A stretch of DNA of 64,000 nucleotides, taken from Mobula hypostoma (lineage: Eukaryota). The number at the start of each line of letters is the position of its first letter. The stretch's first letter is position 1. Below, in pieces: positions 38,405 to 52,270 of the stretch. The notes beneath the pieces are model-generated. The model worked only from the letters and a program-made list of their open reading frames with translations, was not told where the DNA came from and did not search any database. The position numbers and the translations under genes were made by a program. The DNA lies in NCBI RefSeq assembly GCF_963921235.1, contig NC_086097.1, positions 89,468,001-89,532,000 of the forward strand, written 5' to 3'.

Positions 38405-39311
38405 ATTGTAGGCCGTATCTCGGGTAATGATGAGTTTGAGTACAGAGAGGAAATTAAGAACCTGGTGGCATGGTGCGAAGACAATAATCTATCCCTCAAT
38501 GTCAGCAAGACGAAGGAATTGGTTGTTGACTTCAGAAGGAGTAGCAGACCGCATGACCTAATTTACATCGGTGGTGCCCAAGTGGAACAGGTCAAAAGCT
38601 TTAAGTACCTCCGGGTCAATATCACAAATGACCTGACTTGGCCCAGCCAAGCAGAGCTCACTGCCAAGAAGGCCCACCAGCGCCTTTACTTCCTGACAAA
38701 ACTAAAGAAATTTGGCCTGTCCCCTAAAACCCTTGCTAATTTTTATAGATGCACCGTAGAAAGCATTCTTCTAGGGTGCATCACAACCTGGAATGGAAGT
38801 TGTCCTGTCCAAGACCAAAAGAAGCTGCAGAAGATCGTGAACACGGCGCAGCACATAACACAAACCAATCTTCCATCCGTGGACTCACTTTACACCGCAC
38901 GCTGTCGGAGCAGTGCTGCCAGGATAATCAAGGACACGACCCACCCAGCCAACACACTTTTCGTCCCTCTTCCCTCCGGGAGAAGGCTCAGGAGCTTGAA
39001 GACTCGTACGGCCAGATTTGGGAACAGCTTCTTTCCAACTGTGATAAGACTGCTGAACGGATCCTGACCCGGATCTGGGCCGTACCCTCCAAATACCCGG
39101 ACCTGCCTCTCGGTTTTTTTGCACTACCTTACTTTCCATTTTTCTATTTTCTATTTATGATTTATAATTTAAATTTTTAATGTTTACTATTTTTTACTAT
39201 TTTTAATATTTAATATTTGTAATCCAGGGAGTGGGAAGCGCAGAATCAAATATCGCTGTGATGATTGTACATTCTAGTACCAATTGTTTGGCGACAATAA
39301 AGTATAAAGTA
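38405..39311 (+). mobile_element. Young 5'-truncated Rex1/Babar-type LINE (family B)
   Basis: 200-aa ORF WCEDNNLSLNVSKTKELVVDFRR..NSFFPTVIRLLN; (taaagta)n tail; shorter copy at 54422-54868. Confidence 0.88.
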
Positions 39312-40069
39312 TCCAACGATGCTGCTAACTCACAGAATACAACTGCTATACCACAGTTATCAGTAAATGGAGATTTGTTGGAAAAAGATATGCAATCAAT
39401 AGATGGAATTTTTATTTCTTCATTCACAAGATGTGGATGTAATTGACAATTATCATGTGTCTCAAACTAGGAACTGAACTGAGTAGGCTATTAGACCTAC
39501 AACAATGGTTTGATTCTAGAGGCATCTCCAGTCGTGTGGCAACATTGAAGAATACTAGGAAGTAGTCATCAGGTTCCCCCACCACCCAGGACACGTTCTC
39601 TTCTCACTGCTGCCATCAGGAAGAAGGTACAAGAGCCTCAGGACTCGCAACACCAGATTCAGGACTATTTACTATCGCTCAACCATTAGGTACTCGAACC
39701 AAAGGGTATAACTTCACTAAATTACACTTCAAAGGTTAATTTATCATCAAAGTATACAACTTGAAATTCCTCTTCTCTGGGTAGCCATGAAACCAAGAAA
39801 GAAAGGCAGCATGATCATCAATCCCCAAAACCTCCCCTCCCTGCACAAAAACACGAACAAAAACAGAATAGGCATATCGATCCCCCCCACCCCCCCAAAC
39901 ACAAAGAAATCCCCTAGTTGGGTGTTCTGTCAATGATTCTGTTAAGGTTATTGTTCTATAGCTTTGTTAACTATGTCCAAAAGAAAATGAACCTCAGGGT
40001 TGTATATGGGGACATATATGTACTTTGATAATAAATTTACTTTGAACTTTGAACCAGATGTTGTTTTTT

Positions 40070-43000
40070 ATAGTCATAGTCATACTTTATTGATCCCGGA
40101 GGAAATTGGTTTTCGTTACAGTTGCACCATAAATAAATAAATAGTAATAAAACCATAAATAATTAAATAGTAATATGTAATTATGCCAGGAAATAAGTCC
40201 AGGACCAGCCTACTGGCTCAGCGCGTCTGACCCTCCAAGGGAGGAGTTGTAAAGTTTGATGGCCACTGGCAGGAATGACTTCCTATGACGCTCTGTGTTG
40301 CATCTCGGTGGAATGAGTCTCTGGCTGAATGTACTCCTGTGCCCACCCAGTACATTATGTAGTGGATGGGAGACATTGTCCAAGATGGCATGCAACTTCG
40401 ACAGCATCCTCTTTTCAGACACCACCGTCAGAGAGCTCAGTTCCATCCCCACAACATCACTGGCCTTACGAATGAGTTTGTTGATTCTGTTGGTGTCTGC
40501 TACCCTCAGCCTGCTGCCCCAGCACACAACAGCAAACATGATTGCACTGGCCACCACAGACTTGTAGAACATCCTCAGCATCGTCTGACAGATGTTAAAG
40601 GACCTCAGTCTCCTCAGGAAATAGAGACGGCTCTGACCCTTCTTGTAGACAGCCTCAGTGTTCTTTGACCAGTCCAGTTTATTGTCAACTCATATCCCCA
40701 GGTATTTGTAATCCTCCACCATGTCCACACTGACCCCCTGGATGAAAACAGGGGTCACCGGTGCCTTAGCTCTCCTCAGGTCTACCACCAGTTCCTTAAG
40801 TCTTTTTCACATTAAGCTGCAGATAATTCTGCTCACACCATGTGACAAAGTTTCCTACCGTAGCCCTGTACTCAGCCTCATCTCCCTTGCTGATGCATCC
40901 AACTATGGCAGAGTCATCCGAAAACTTCTGAAGATGACAAGACTCTGTGCAGTAGTTGAAGTCTGAGGTGTAAATGGTGAAGAGAAAGGGAGACAAGACA
41001 GTCCCCTGTGGAGCCCCAGTGCTGCTGATCACTCTGTCGGACACACAGTGTTGCAAGCACATGTACTGTGGTCTGCCAGTCAGGTAATCAAGAATCCATG
41101 ACACCAGGAAAGTATTCACCTGCATCGCTGTCAGCTTCTCCCCCAGCAGAGCAGTGCGGATGGTGTTGAACGCACTGGAGAAGTCAAAAAACATGACCAT
41201 CACAGTGCTCGCTGGCTTTTCCAGGTGGGCGTAGACACGGTTCAGCAGGTAGACGATGACATCCTCAACTCCTAGTCGGGGCTGGTAGGCGAACTGGAGG
41301 GGATCTAAGTGTGGCCTGACCATAGGCCGGAGCAGCTCCAGAACAAGTCTCTCCAAGGTCTTCATGATGTGAGAGGTCAATGCCACCGGTCTGTAGTCAT
41401 TGAGGCCGCTGGGGCGCGGCGTCTTCAGCACAGGGACGAGGCAGGATGTCTTCCACAGCACAGGAACCCTCCGGAGCCTCAGGCTCAGGTTGAATACATG
41501 GCGAAGTACTCCACATAGCTGAGGGGCACAGGCTTTGAGCACCCTAGTACTGACACCATACAGTCCTGCAGCCTTGCTTGGGTTGAGACATTTCAGCTGT
41601 CGTCTCACCTGTTCAGCTGTGAAGCCAACCATGGTGTTTTCGTGTGGGGAAGGGGTATAATCATGAGAGCAAGGTGGGGGACTGTGAGGAGGGATAAGAG
41701 GAGAGAGTGGAATATGTATTGGTTGGGGGCCGACAACAGATGACTCATGTGGGGGATGGGCAGGGGCCACAATGTCAAATCTGTTAAAGAACAGTTGAGT
41801 TTGTTGGCCCTGTCCACACTGCCTTCAGCTCCTCTGTTGCTAGTTTGCCGGAACCCAGTGATGGCCCTCATCCCACTCCAGACCTCTCTCATGTTGTTCT
41901 GCTGGAGTTTCCACTCAAGCCTCCTCCTGTACCTGTCTTTAGCCTCCCTGATCCTGGCTTTCAGGTCCCTCTGTATTGTCGTCAGCTCCTCCCTATTTCC
42001 ATCTCTAAACGCCCTCGTTTTAGCGTTCAGGATGTCCTTAACGTCCTTTGTTACCCATATGGCTTGTTATTTGCATAACAAAGGACAGTTCTTGTCGAAA
42101 CATTGCAGTCCACACAGAAATTGATGTAATCAGTGATGCATTCTGTGAGCCGATCAATATCCTCTCCATGTGGCTCACAGAGTGCCTGCCAGTCTGTCAC
42201 CTCAAAACAACTCTGGAGCGCCTCATAAGCCTCCTCCAACCATTTTCTCACTGTCCTTGAGGTTGCAGGTTTACTCTTCACCAGAGGCACGTAGCAGGGT
42301 TTTAGATGCACCAGGTTGGGATCTGACCTTCCCAGTGGGGGGGAGGGGAGAGGAGCTGTATGCATCCTTAACGTTAGCATACATCAAATCCAGAGTCCTC
42401 TCCCCTCTGGTTGTACAGCTCACATACTGCGTGAAGTTGGGCAGTGTCCTAGCCATGGTAACATGGTTGAAGTCACCCAAGATGGTAATGAGGGCACTCA
42501 GGTGCTGGGTTTGTAATCTGGCTATGACGGTGTAAATGATGTTACACGTCGACGTTGGGTTGGCAGAGGGAGGGATGTACACAACAACCACAATTGCATG
42601 TGAGATTTCCCTTGGCAAATAATATGGCCTAGAGTCCAACAGCAAAAAGTTCAATATCCAGGCTACAAACACGTTCCTTGATCGTAATATGATCAGGATT
42701 GCACCATCTGTTGTTTACCAGAACAGCAAGCCCCTCTCCTTTACCCTTACCACTCTCAGTGCAATTCTGGTCAGCCTGAACGGTCTGGAAGCCCTCTATG
42801 GAAATGTTTTGATCAGGTATGTCCTCGTGCAGCCACGTTTCAGTAAAACACATAACACAGCTCTCCCGAAATGTTTTCTGACTCCTGACAAGCGCCGTTA
42901 ACTCGTCCATTTTATTACCCAGCGATCTTACGTTGCCCATAATGAGAGGGGAGACACGGCTTATACCTTCTCTTCTCCATAAGCCTCTGTTGTCTCGACC

Positions 43001-43265
43001 CGGTCCTCTTCCCTCGCCCTTTTGATACCCCTCTGCATCCTCTGTGTTTTCCTCCAGATTTCAGCCAGGGTGTCCGCCGCTCTGTTTGCTAAACCGGCTG
43101 GCATAAGCACAATCAGCTGGTCACTGGAATAAACAATGCGGCCATACTGCTGCCACGATAATGAGACGTGTCGGCATGTAACTATTTCCAGCGCTAAAAA
43201 CCCAAATAAAACTCTCTCCACCAGCATGTCAGAGAGGGTGCAGCTTCAACGTGTTACCGTGAAAA
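40070..43265 (-). mobile_element. Near full-length Rex1/Babar LINE (family A), APE + RT, frameshifted
   Basis: APE GNVRSLGNK..CFTETWL..GDFNH; RT YRPVALTS..QFAYQP..FDFSSAFNTI..GAPQG..KFSDDSAIVG; (actatg)n tail. Confidence 0.93.
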
Positions 43266-43567
43266 AAAAATACAACAAATAACCTAAGTTAAAAAAGCAG
43301 TTTGAAACTTCCAAGTTTAAAATTACTGAGATTAACATCTACCAAGCAAAAGCTTTAATTACTTGAACTTAACTTGATCAGCTGCCATGGCTAGATTCAA
43401 ACATTCAGCGGATCATAAAGTCCAGTGCAGCCCACAGTGATACTCTACCCATACATTTAAGATGAACATCAGGCATCACCTCCCTCACTAAATACAAGTA
43501 GTTCGGGTCACTGGGTGACACCTATATTTCCAAAACAAAGCAAGAACTGGCATGCTTTGATACTCAC

Positions 43568-43640
43568 ATTTTTTCATGGTGAGGTAAATGCTTCCTGAGG
43601 TTCGGCATTTCTGGAAAAGCCTTGTTAGCTCTGTCAGGAA
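43568..43640 (-). CDS. SRP14: SRP14 exon 2 (FLTELTRLFQKCRTSGSIYLTMKK)
   Basis: ttacag acceptor, gtgagt donor, 73 nt phase 0-1. Confidence 0.97.
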
Positions 43641-43719
43641 CTGTAAGAGGAACAAAACTCAGTCAGCACGCTACACACATACATACACACACACACAAGG
43701 TGGATGAACATGGAGCAGT

Positions 43720-46700
43720 CACAAATTGGCATGTATGATGTGGGCATCAATCTGTGACTGAGAAGGTTACAGCTGGGAGCTTAACATTCAAGGATACACT
43801 TTGCATTGAAAGGACAGGCAGGTAGGCAGAGAGAGCAGGTAAAAAAGTGAAATCAAATCATTAGAAAGAGGTGACATAGGATCGGAAGACATCAAGTTGT
43901 TATAGGCAAAGCTAAGAAACTGCAAGGGTTAAAAAACCCTGATAGGAGTTGTATACAGGCCTCCGAATAGTAACAAAGATGCAGTCTACAAATTACATTG
44001 GGAGATAAAAAATGCACGCCAAAAGGGCAATATTACAATAGTCATGGGGGATTTCAATATGCAGGTAAATTGGGGGAAAAAAAAGAGGTTGGTGCCGGAT
44101 TCCAGGAAGGGGAATTTAGAGTGCCTATGAGATGGATTTTTGATGCAATTCATGGTTGAGCCCACTAGGGGATCAGCTATTCTGCACTGGGTGTTGTGCA
44201 ATGAACAGGAATTGATAAGAAAGCTCAAGGTAGAAGAACCCTTAGAGGTAAGTTATCATAATATGATCAAATTCACCCTGAAATTTGTGAAGAAGCTAAG
44301 GTCAGATGCATCAGTATTACAGTGGAGAAAATGGAATTACAGAGGCATGAGAAAGGAGTTGACCAAAATTTATTGGAAGAATACACTAGCAGGGATGATG
44401 TCAGAGCAGCAATTTCTGGAGTTTCTGGGAGCAATTCAGAAGGTGTAGGTTAGAAGTATTCTGAAGACAGGATGACACAGCCGTGGCTGACAAGAGAAGT
44501 CAAAGCCAACGTAAAAGCCAAAGAGAGGGCATATACAGTGGTACTTTAAAGTTTGTGAACCTTGTAGAAATTTCTCTACTTCTGCATTAATATGACCTAA
44601 AATGTGATCATAAAACTAGATAAAGAGAACCCAATTAAATAAACACAAAAACATTATACTTGTTCGTTTATTTATTTGAGAAAAATGATCCAATATTACA
44701 TGCATTTGTTGGAAAAAGTATACCTTTGCTTTCAGTAACTGATGTGACCCCCTTGTACAACAACTTCAACCAAACATTTCCAGTAACTGCTGATCAGTCC
44801 TGCACATCAGCTTGGAGGAATTTTAGGCCATTCCTCCTTACAAAACTACTTCCACTCTGGGATGTCGGTGGGCTTCCTTGCATGAACTCCTTGCTTCATA
44901 GGATTAAGGTCAGCACTTTGACTCAGCCACTCCAAAACACAAAAGTTCTTCTTTTTAAACTGTTCTATTTTTGATTTACTCCTCTTTCAGATGATTGTCT
45001 TGTTGCATTATCCAACTTTTATTAAGTTTCAGGTGACTGACTGCTACCCTGTCATTCTCCTGTAAAATATCTTGATACAATCTTGAATTCGTTGTTCCCT
45101 CAACGATTGCAAGCTGTCCAGACTCTGAGGCAGCAACGCTGCCCCAAACCATGATGCTCCTTCCACCATGCTTCACAATTGGGATGAGGTTTTGGTGTTG
45201 GTGTGCAGTGCCCTTTTTCCTCCAAACACAGCAATGTGTATTTCTGCCAAAAAGTTCAACTTTTGTCTCATCTGTCCACAGAACATTGTCCCAGAAGTGT
45301 TGTAGAACTTCCAGTTGGACTTTTGCAAACTTCAGATGTGCAGCAATGTTTTTTTGGAGAGCAGTGGTTTCCTGCATGGTGTCCTTCCATAAACACCATT
45401 CTTGTTCAGTGTTATTCTTATAATGGACACATGAACAGAGGCTTAACAAGTTCCAGATATTTCTGCAGGGCTTCTGCTGTTACCGTTGGGTTCATTTTCA
45501 CCTCCTTCAGCATTGCATATTGTGCTCTTGGTGTGATCTTTGCAGGATGCCCACTCCTAGGAAGAGTAGCAATAGTACTGAGTTGCCTCCATTTGTAGAC
45601 AATTTATCTTACCATGGACTGATGAACACTCAGCTCTTTAGAAATGCTTTTGTAGCATTTCTCAGCTTCATGCATCTCTACAATTCTTCTTCGAAGGTCC
45701 TCTGAAAGTTGCTTCGATCAAGGCATGGTGCACAGAACCAGATCTTTCTTGAGAATAGCAGGCTCTGTCAGTAACCTGACTTTGTGTCTCTTTTTTATAT
45801 ATATATAGGGCAGGGCATCTCTACAACCCACACCTCCAATCATATTTCACCGATTAGAATACCTGATTCCAAATAGCTTTTGTAGAAAGCGTTACCCCAG
45901 AAGTTCACATACTTATTCCAACAAATATACGTAATATTGGATCATTTTTCTCAATAAATAAATGAACAAGTCTTTTTGTGTTATTTGTTTAATTGGGTTC
46001 TCTTTATCTAGTTGTAGGACTTGTGCGAAGATCTAATCACATTTTAGATCATAGAGAAATTTTGGGAACACTTTAGGAAATAGAGAAAATTCTACAGGAT
46101 TCACCAACTTTCTAGCACCACTGTAAAAGAGCAAAATTAGCAGGAAGTTAAATGATTGGGAAGCCTTTAGAAATCAACAGACAGCAACTAAAAAGTCATT
46201 AAGGTAAAGATGAAATTAGAAAGTAAACCAGCCAATAATAAAAGGGATACCAAAAGTTTCTTCAGATATATAAAGTGTAAAAGAAAGGGAAGAGAAGATA
46301 TTAGAGTGCTCAAAAATGGTGCTGTACAGGTAGTAATGGGGGCAGAAGGAAATAGCCCATGAACTAGATATTTTGCAACATACTTCACTGTAGAAGACAC
46401 TAGCAGTTTGATGTCAATAATTTGGATGACAGAATTGATGGCTTTGTGGCCAAGTTTATGGATGATACAAAGATAGGTGGAGGGAAAGGTGGTGTTGAGG
46501 AATCAGAGGCTACAGAAAGACTTCGATTAGAATGGGCAAAGAGGTGGCAGATGGAATATAATGTCAGGAAGTGTATGGTCATGCACTTTGGTAGAAGAAA
46601 TAAAAGTGTAGACTAAATGGAGAGAAAATGCAGAAGTCTGAGGTGTGGAGGCACTTGGGAGTCCTGGTGCAGTATTCCCTAAAGGTTAATTTGCAGCTTG

Positions 46701-47322
46701 AGTCGGTAGTGAGGAAGTCAAATGTGATGCTAGCATTAATTTCAAGAGGACGACAATATAAAAGCATATAGAATATGTTGAGGCTTTATAAAGCACTGAC
46801 AAGGCCTCACTTGAAGCATTGTGAGAAGCTTTGGGCCCCTTATCCCAGAAGGTATGTGCTGACATTGGAGAGGGTTCAAAGGAGGTTCATGAAAATGATT
46901 CTGGGTTTGATAAGATTATCATATGAGGAGTGTTTGATGGCTCTGGGCTTATAGCAATTGGAATTCAGAGGGGAGGGGAATCTCATTGAAAGATATCAAA
47001 CGTTAAAAGACTTTGATAGTGTGATATGCAGAGGATGTTTCATTTGGTGGAGGAGTCTAAGACCAGAGAACACAGCCTCAGACTAGAGGGATCTCCACTT
47101 AGAATGGAGATAAGAAAGAATCTTTTGAAGCACAAGGTAGTGAATCTCTGGAATTTGCTGCCGTCATTGGGCATATATAAGGCAGATTAGTCAAGGTATG
47201 ATGGGAGACAGGGAGAAGGCAGAAGACTGGGACTGAGGGAAATGGATCTGCCATGATGAAATGGTGGAGCAGACTCGATGGGCCAATAGGCCTAATTCTG
47301 CTCCTATATCATGTGGTCTTAT
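43720..47322 (+). mobile_element. Decayed CR1 LINE interrupted by Tc1 (44536-46123)
   Basis: APE/RT remnants (QFMVEPTRGSAIL; FVAKFMDDTKIGG; WQMEYNVRKC) and a CR1 3'UTR. Confidence 0.85.
44536..46123 (-). mobile_element. Near full-length decayed Tc1 transposon (1588 bp)
   Basis: TA TSD, CAGTGGT termini with ~200-bp inverted repeats; transposase VLWTDETKVELFG..VKHGGRSIMVWG..QQDN; third codon mutated to TGA. Confidence 0.93.
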
Positions 47323-48441
47323 TACACCACAGCTGTCAACACAAAAACAAGTAGATATTGGACTGGCAAGAGGTGCAAGTTCCACAGAGGCACCATTATA
47401 CATCAAGTTGAAACAGGACACACAGGTGCTGCATCATCACTCTAGCAGCCTGAATCAGTTCTGGCTCTTAGTGCTGTGCAGAGAATGCAAGTTTTGCCTG
47501 GAACTGTGTGGCTTGCCCTGGGTGCTTCAATTTCCTTCCACATCTCTACAAGTATACATGGAGGCAAGAAAACTGGAGGAGACCTAATGGTCATGAAAAA
47601 GATTCCAGGAAAATAAGTGAGGGAATGACAGCCAACACAGACTCAGTGGCCCAAATGAACTCACACACCATAAGAAAATATAAATGTACAATATGACTTA
47701 GTTTCTCATTACACCACCTGCTCAGGAACTTCAATTCTGATCCCATGAGGCAAGTCCTTCAACTGTTCCACTCACCTTGCTCCACTAACAGCCCATTATC
47801 CAGTGTCCTGTGTAACACAGCCCCTCATTACCCTTGTGGAACTCTCCCTCTTGACCCACTATTAACCCCCTCCCCACTGATGTTGTCTTCAAAACAACCC
47901 ATCCCCATTGCAATGTCATGGCATTACATGGCACACTATTATCCATTGTCTAAGGGTAACCATACATTGTAAACCTCTGTCTCAGTATAACCTTACACTG
48001 GCTCAAGATTAACCACTGCCCAGCACAACACCCGCAAAGACCGAGACAGACGGTGCTCCAGTGTAACCTTACCTTGGTCCATCATTATCCCACCTTCCCT
48101 TAGAGCTTCTGTTGAACCCCTGACCCATTGCCCATTACCTCCTGACCTGAGGTATCCCTCTCTATGTCCAGCCACCCGATCCAAGTGTAACCTTTCCCAG
48201 ACCCCAGTGCTTCCTGCGCTTAATCATCCTTACCTGGGCCTAGTTAACTGCCACCCATAAAAGTCTGCAAGTCGGTGTTACTCCCATCTTTCCCATAGTC
48301 ACCCATATGGTCCGTGACTCCTACAGCAGTGTAACTTTCCCTCCTGGATTCCAATACCCCTTGGTCCAGTAAAGTGGTCATCCACCCCAACCCCAGGGTA
48401 ATGCCACCCCAGATCCCCTGTACCAACTGCCGGCACCTCAC

Positions 48442-48465
48442 CGAGTCATTTTCCAGCAGCACCAT
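48442..48465 (-). CDS. SRP14: SRP14 exon 1 coding part (MVLLENDS)
   Basis: ATG at 48465, gtgagg donor; the five exons sum to 333 nt = 110 aa + stop without frame breaks. Confidence 0.96.
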
Positions 48466-48700
48466 GACCAGTCCGTCTCAGCCGGAAGTACCCGGATCCA
48501 TCGGAAGCGCGCAATTGCGTCCGACACGTACCCCCACTCGAGCGTTCTTATTGGTTCTTGGCGATGCGTGATGTGCGGCACCCGGCCGCGCGCCCGTCTT
48601 CGCAGAGGCGGGACAAGACGATAGTGACGTGACGTAACTTGCATGATTGGCAGCCGTGGGCGTGAGTCTATGTTCGGTGTCTGGTCACGTACCTAAAGCT
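48466..48700 (-). promoter_or_regulatory. CpG-rich SRP14 5'UTR and promoter
   Basis: Locally dense CpG in a CpG-poor window; ETS/GABP GCCGGAAGT 48481-48489, CCAAT boxes (on -) 48550-48554 and 48646-48650, tandem CRE/ATF-like TGACGTGACGTAA 48625-48637. Confidence 0.8.
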
Positions 48701-49017
48701 TTAACTCCACTGAATGCACTTCCAAGCACCTTCTGTTTTCACTATTCACTCAGTTACCGGAGACACTCATACAGCCGTTAATAAAGTTTTGATATGAATA
48801 TTTCAGATATATAGTAATTAAACTACGTTTACCATCGCTCTTTCCTTTTTCCTTTTATTTCTCGTTTCCTTATCTTTGTAAGAAATGATGAAGGAGAACT
48901 TGATGGTCCTGATATTTTGGTAAGAGACTGCTTTGAGCTAGTGCTACTCTCGGTTGTCTTATGAACTGGCGAGGAACATGGTGATGCAGGCACAGTTAGG
49001 GTCCGAAGCTTTCTCTG

Positions 49018-51267
49018 TTGTAGTCTAGCCCTTACTATTAAACCCGCCGATAAGGGGGGTGCTGTTGTAGTCTGGCGTACTGACCTCTACCTTGCAGAGG
49101 CACAGCGACAACTCGCCGATACCTCCTCTTTATTTACCCCTCGATCGTGACCCCACTAAGGAGCACCAGGACATTGTCTCCCACACCATCACCGACTTTA
49201 TCCGCTCAGGGGATCTCCCATCCACTGCTACCAACCTTATAGTTCCCACACCCCACACTTCCCGTTTCTACCTCCTACCCAAGATCCACAAACCTGCCTG
49301 TCCTGGCAGACCTATTATCTCAGCTTGCTCCTGCCCGACCGAACTCGTTTCTGCATACCTCGACACGGTTTTATCCCCCCTTGTTCAATCCCTTCCGACC
49401 TATGTTCGTGACACTTCTCACGCTCTTAAACTTTTCGATGATTTTAAGTTCCCTGGCCCCCACCGCTTTATTTTCACCATGGATGTCCAGTCCCTATATA
49501 CTTCCATCCCCCATCAGGAAGGTCTCAAAGCTGTACGCTTCTTTTTGGATTCCAGACCTAATCAGTTCCCCTCTACCACCACTCTGCTCCGTCTAGCGGA
49601 ATTAGTCCTTACTCTTAATAATTTCTCCTTTGGCTCCTCCCACTTCCTCCAAACTAAAGGTGTAGCTATGGGCACTCGTATGGGTCCCAGTTATGTCTGT
49701 CTTTTTGTTGGCTTTGTGGAACAATCCATGTTCCAAACCTATTCTGGTATCTGTCCCCCACTTTTCCTTTGCTACATCGACGACTGCATTGGCGCTGCTT
49801 CCTGCACGCATGCAGCTCGTTGCCTTCATTAACTTTGCCTCCAACTTTCACCCTGCCCTCAAGTTTACCCGGTCCATTTCCGACACCTCCCTCCCCTTTC
49901 TAGATCTTTCTGTCTCTGTCTCTGGAGACAGCTTATCTACTGATGTCTACTATAAGCCTACTGACTCTCACAGCTATCTGAACTATTCCTCTTCTCACCC
50001 TGTCTCTTGCAAAAATGCCATCCCCTTCTCGCAATTCCTCCGTCTCCGCCGCATCTGCTCTCAGGATGAGGCTTTTCATTCCAGGACAAAGGAGATGTCC
50101 TCCTTTTTTAAAGAAAAGGGCTTCCCTTTCTCCACCATCAACTCTGCTCTCAAATGCATCTCCCCCATTTCACACACATCTGCTCTCACTCCATCCTCCC
50201 ATCACCCCACTACGAATAGGGTTCCCTTGGTCCTCACCTACCACCCCACCAGCCTCCGGGTCCAACATATTATTCTCCGTAACTTCCGCCACCTCCAACG
50301 GGATCCCACCACTAAGCACATCTTTCCCTCCCCCCCCCCGCTTTCTGCAGGGATTGCTCCCTACGTGACTCCCTTGTCCATTCGTCCCCCCCATCCCTCC
50401 CCACGGGTCTCCCTCCTGGCACTTATCCTTGTAGGCAGAACAAGTGCTACACATGCCCTTACACTTCCTCCCTTACCACCATTCAGGGCCCCAGACAGTC
50501 CTTCCAGGTGAGGTGACACTTCACCTGTGAGTCGGCTGGAGTGATATACTGCGTCCGGTGCTCCCGATGTGGCCTTCTATATATTGGCGAGACCCGACGC
50601 AGACTGGGAGATCGTTTTGCTGAACACCTACGCTCTGTCCGCCAGACAGGCAGGATCTCCCAGTGGCCACACATTTTAATTCCACATCCCATTCCCATTC
50701 TGATATGTCTATCCACGGCCTCCTCTATTGTAAAGATGAAGCCACACTCAGGTTGGAGGAACAACACCTTATATTCCGTCTGGGTAGCCTCCAACCTGAT
50801 GGCATGAACTTCGACTTCTCTAACTTCCGCTAATGCCCCACCTCCCCCTCGTACCCCGTCCGTTATTTATTTATATGCAGACATTCTTTCTCTCTCTCTC
50901 CTTTTTCTCCCTCTGTCCCTCTGACTATACCCCTTGCCCATCCTCTAGATTTTTCCCCCCTCCCCCTTTTCCTTCTCCCTGGACCTCCTGTCCCATGATC
51001 CTCTCATATCCCTTTTGCCTATCACCTGTCCAGCTCTTGGCTCCATCCCTCCCCCTCCTGTCTTCTCCTATCATTTTGGATCTCCCCCTCCCCCTCCCAC
51101 TTTCAAATCTCTTTCTAACTTTTCCTTCAGTTAGTCCTGACGAAGGGTCTCGGCCCGAAACGTTGACTGTACCTCTTCCTAGAGATGCTGCCTGGCCTGC
51201 TGCGTTCACCAGCAACTTTGATGTGTGTTGCTTGAATTTTCAGCATCTGCAGAATTCCTCATGTTTA
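49018..51267 (+). mobile_element. Penelope-like retroelement (RT + GIY-YIG endonuclease), 5'-truncated and frameshifted
   Basis: IKPADKGGAVVV, YLLPKIHK..GRPI, MDVQSLYTSI, GVAMG, YIDD; GIY-YIG IYCVRCSRCGLLYIGET..RFAEH; 9-bp TSD ctttctctg (49009-49017, 51268-51276). Confidence 0.95.
51133..51168 (+). ncRNA. Minimal type I hammerhead ribozyme motif in the PLE tail
   Basis: AGTC-CTGACGA-A-GGG(TCTCGG)CCC-GAAA-CG-TT-GACT: stem I AGTC/GACT, conserved cores, stem II, palindromic ACGT in place of stem III. Confidence 0.75.
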
Positions 51268-51489
51268 CTTTCTCTGGTCATGTTAGGATTGTGGATAGGG
51301 TTAAGTTAACCTCAAATAATAGTATTCAAAATGATGGGTCCAAGTTAAAAACCTCACTTACAGATGCCAGTTGCAGGAATGTGCCCTGTGGTATGCCCTG
51401 CCTAACAAATTTTCTTCAAAAAAGCATTACACACTATACACACATTACACACTTTTGAAAGCACACTATAAGCATTACACTTAGTCACT

Positions 51490-52270
51490 CTAATACAAGA
51501 AGGATGTGGAGGTGTTGGAGAGGATGCAGAAGAGGTTCACTGAGATACTGTATGGATTAGAGGCCATGTGCTAGAAGAAGAAGAGGTTGGATAAATTTGG
51601 GTGATCTTTTTCTGCAACAGAAAAAGGTTGAGGGGAGACTTGATTTCAGTTTATAAGATAATGCGAGGCATAGTGTGTAGACAGACACAATGGGTTCTAG
51701 AGGTGCTGGAAGTATTGAGCCACACACACAAAATGCAGGAGGAACTCAGCAGCATCGAGAGGGCCAGAATGAGAAGATGGGAGAGGAGGATTGCAAGCTG
51801 GCAGGTGATAGGTGAAACCTGACGAGGTGGGGAGAGGAGGGGAGAATGATGTGAGAACTGGGAGACAATGGGTGGAAGGACTGAAGGAGGAATCTGAGAG
51901 GAGAGGTTAGTGGACCATGGAACAAAGGGAAGGAAGTGGGGAGGAGATGAGATGGTCATGAGAGCAGTGGAGGGGAGAGATGAGAGAGCCACCAGAATGA
52001 GAGACAACTGGAAAGGGAGGGGGAGGGGAAACAGTGTGTTTCCCCCCAAGCAATGAAATATTTAAAACTAGAGATAACTAGTTTTTAAAAGAAGAATAGT
52101 GGTGGGTGACTGGAAGGTACTACCAGGATTGTTGAGTACAGTAGAGGTGTTTAAGAAGCTCGTTGAATGTTCAGAAAATGTTAGGATAGGGACATTGTGT
52201 AGACAGAAGGGATTAGTTTAGTTAGGCCTTTAGTCAGATCAGCACAACATGAGCCAAGGGGCCTGTTTCT
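51490..52270 (+). mobile_element. Old CR1 3' fragment with an inserted, decayed reverse-oriented PLE tail (about 51700-52030)
   Basis: RKRLRGDLISVYKIMRGI peptide; purine-rich block starting acacacaaaatgcaggaggaactcagcag. Confidence 0.65.

Noticed and set aside
47980..48420. Recurring agtgtaacctt-like motif in SRP14 intron 1 as an array
   Set aside because: Irregular spacing and degenerate; a low-complexity C-rich tract with no CRISPR-like or regular period
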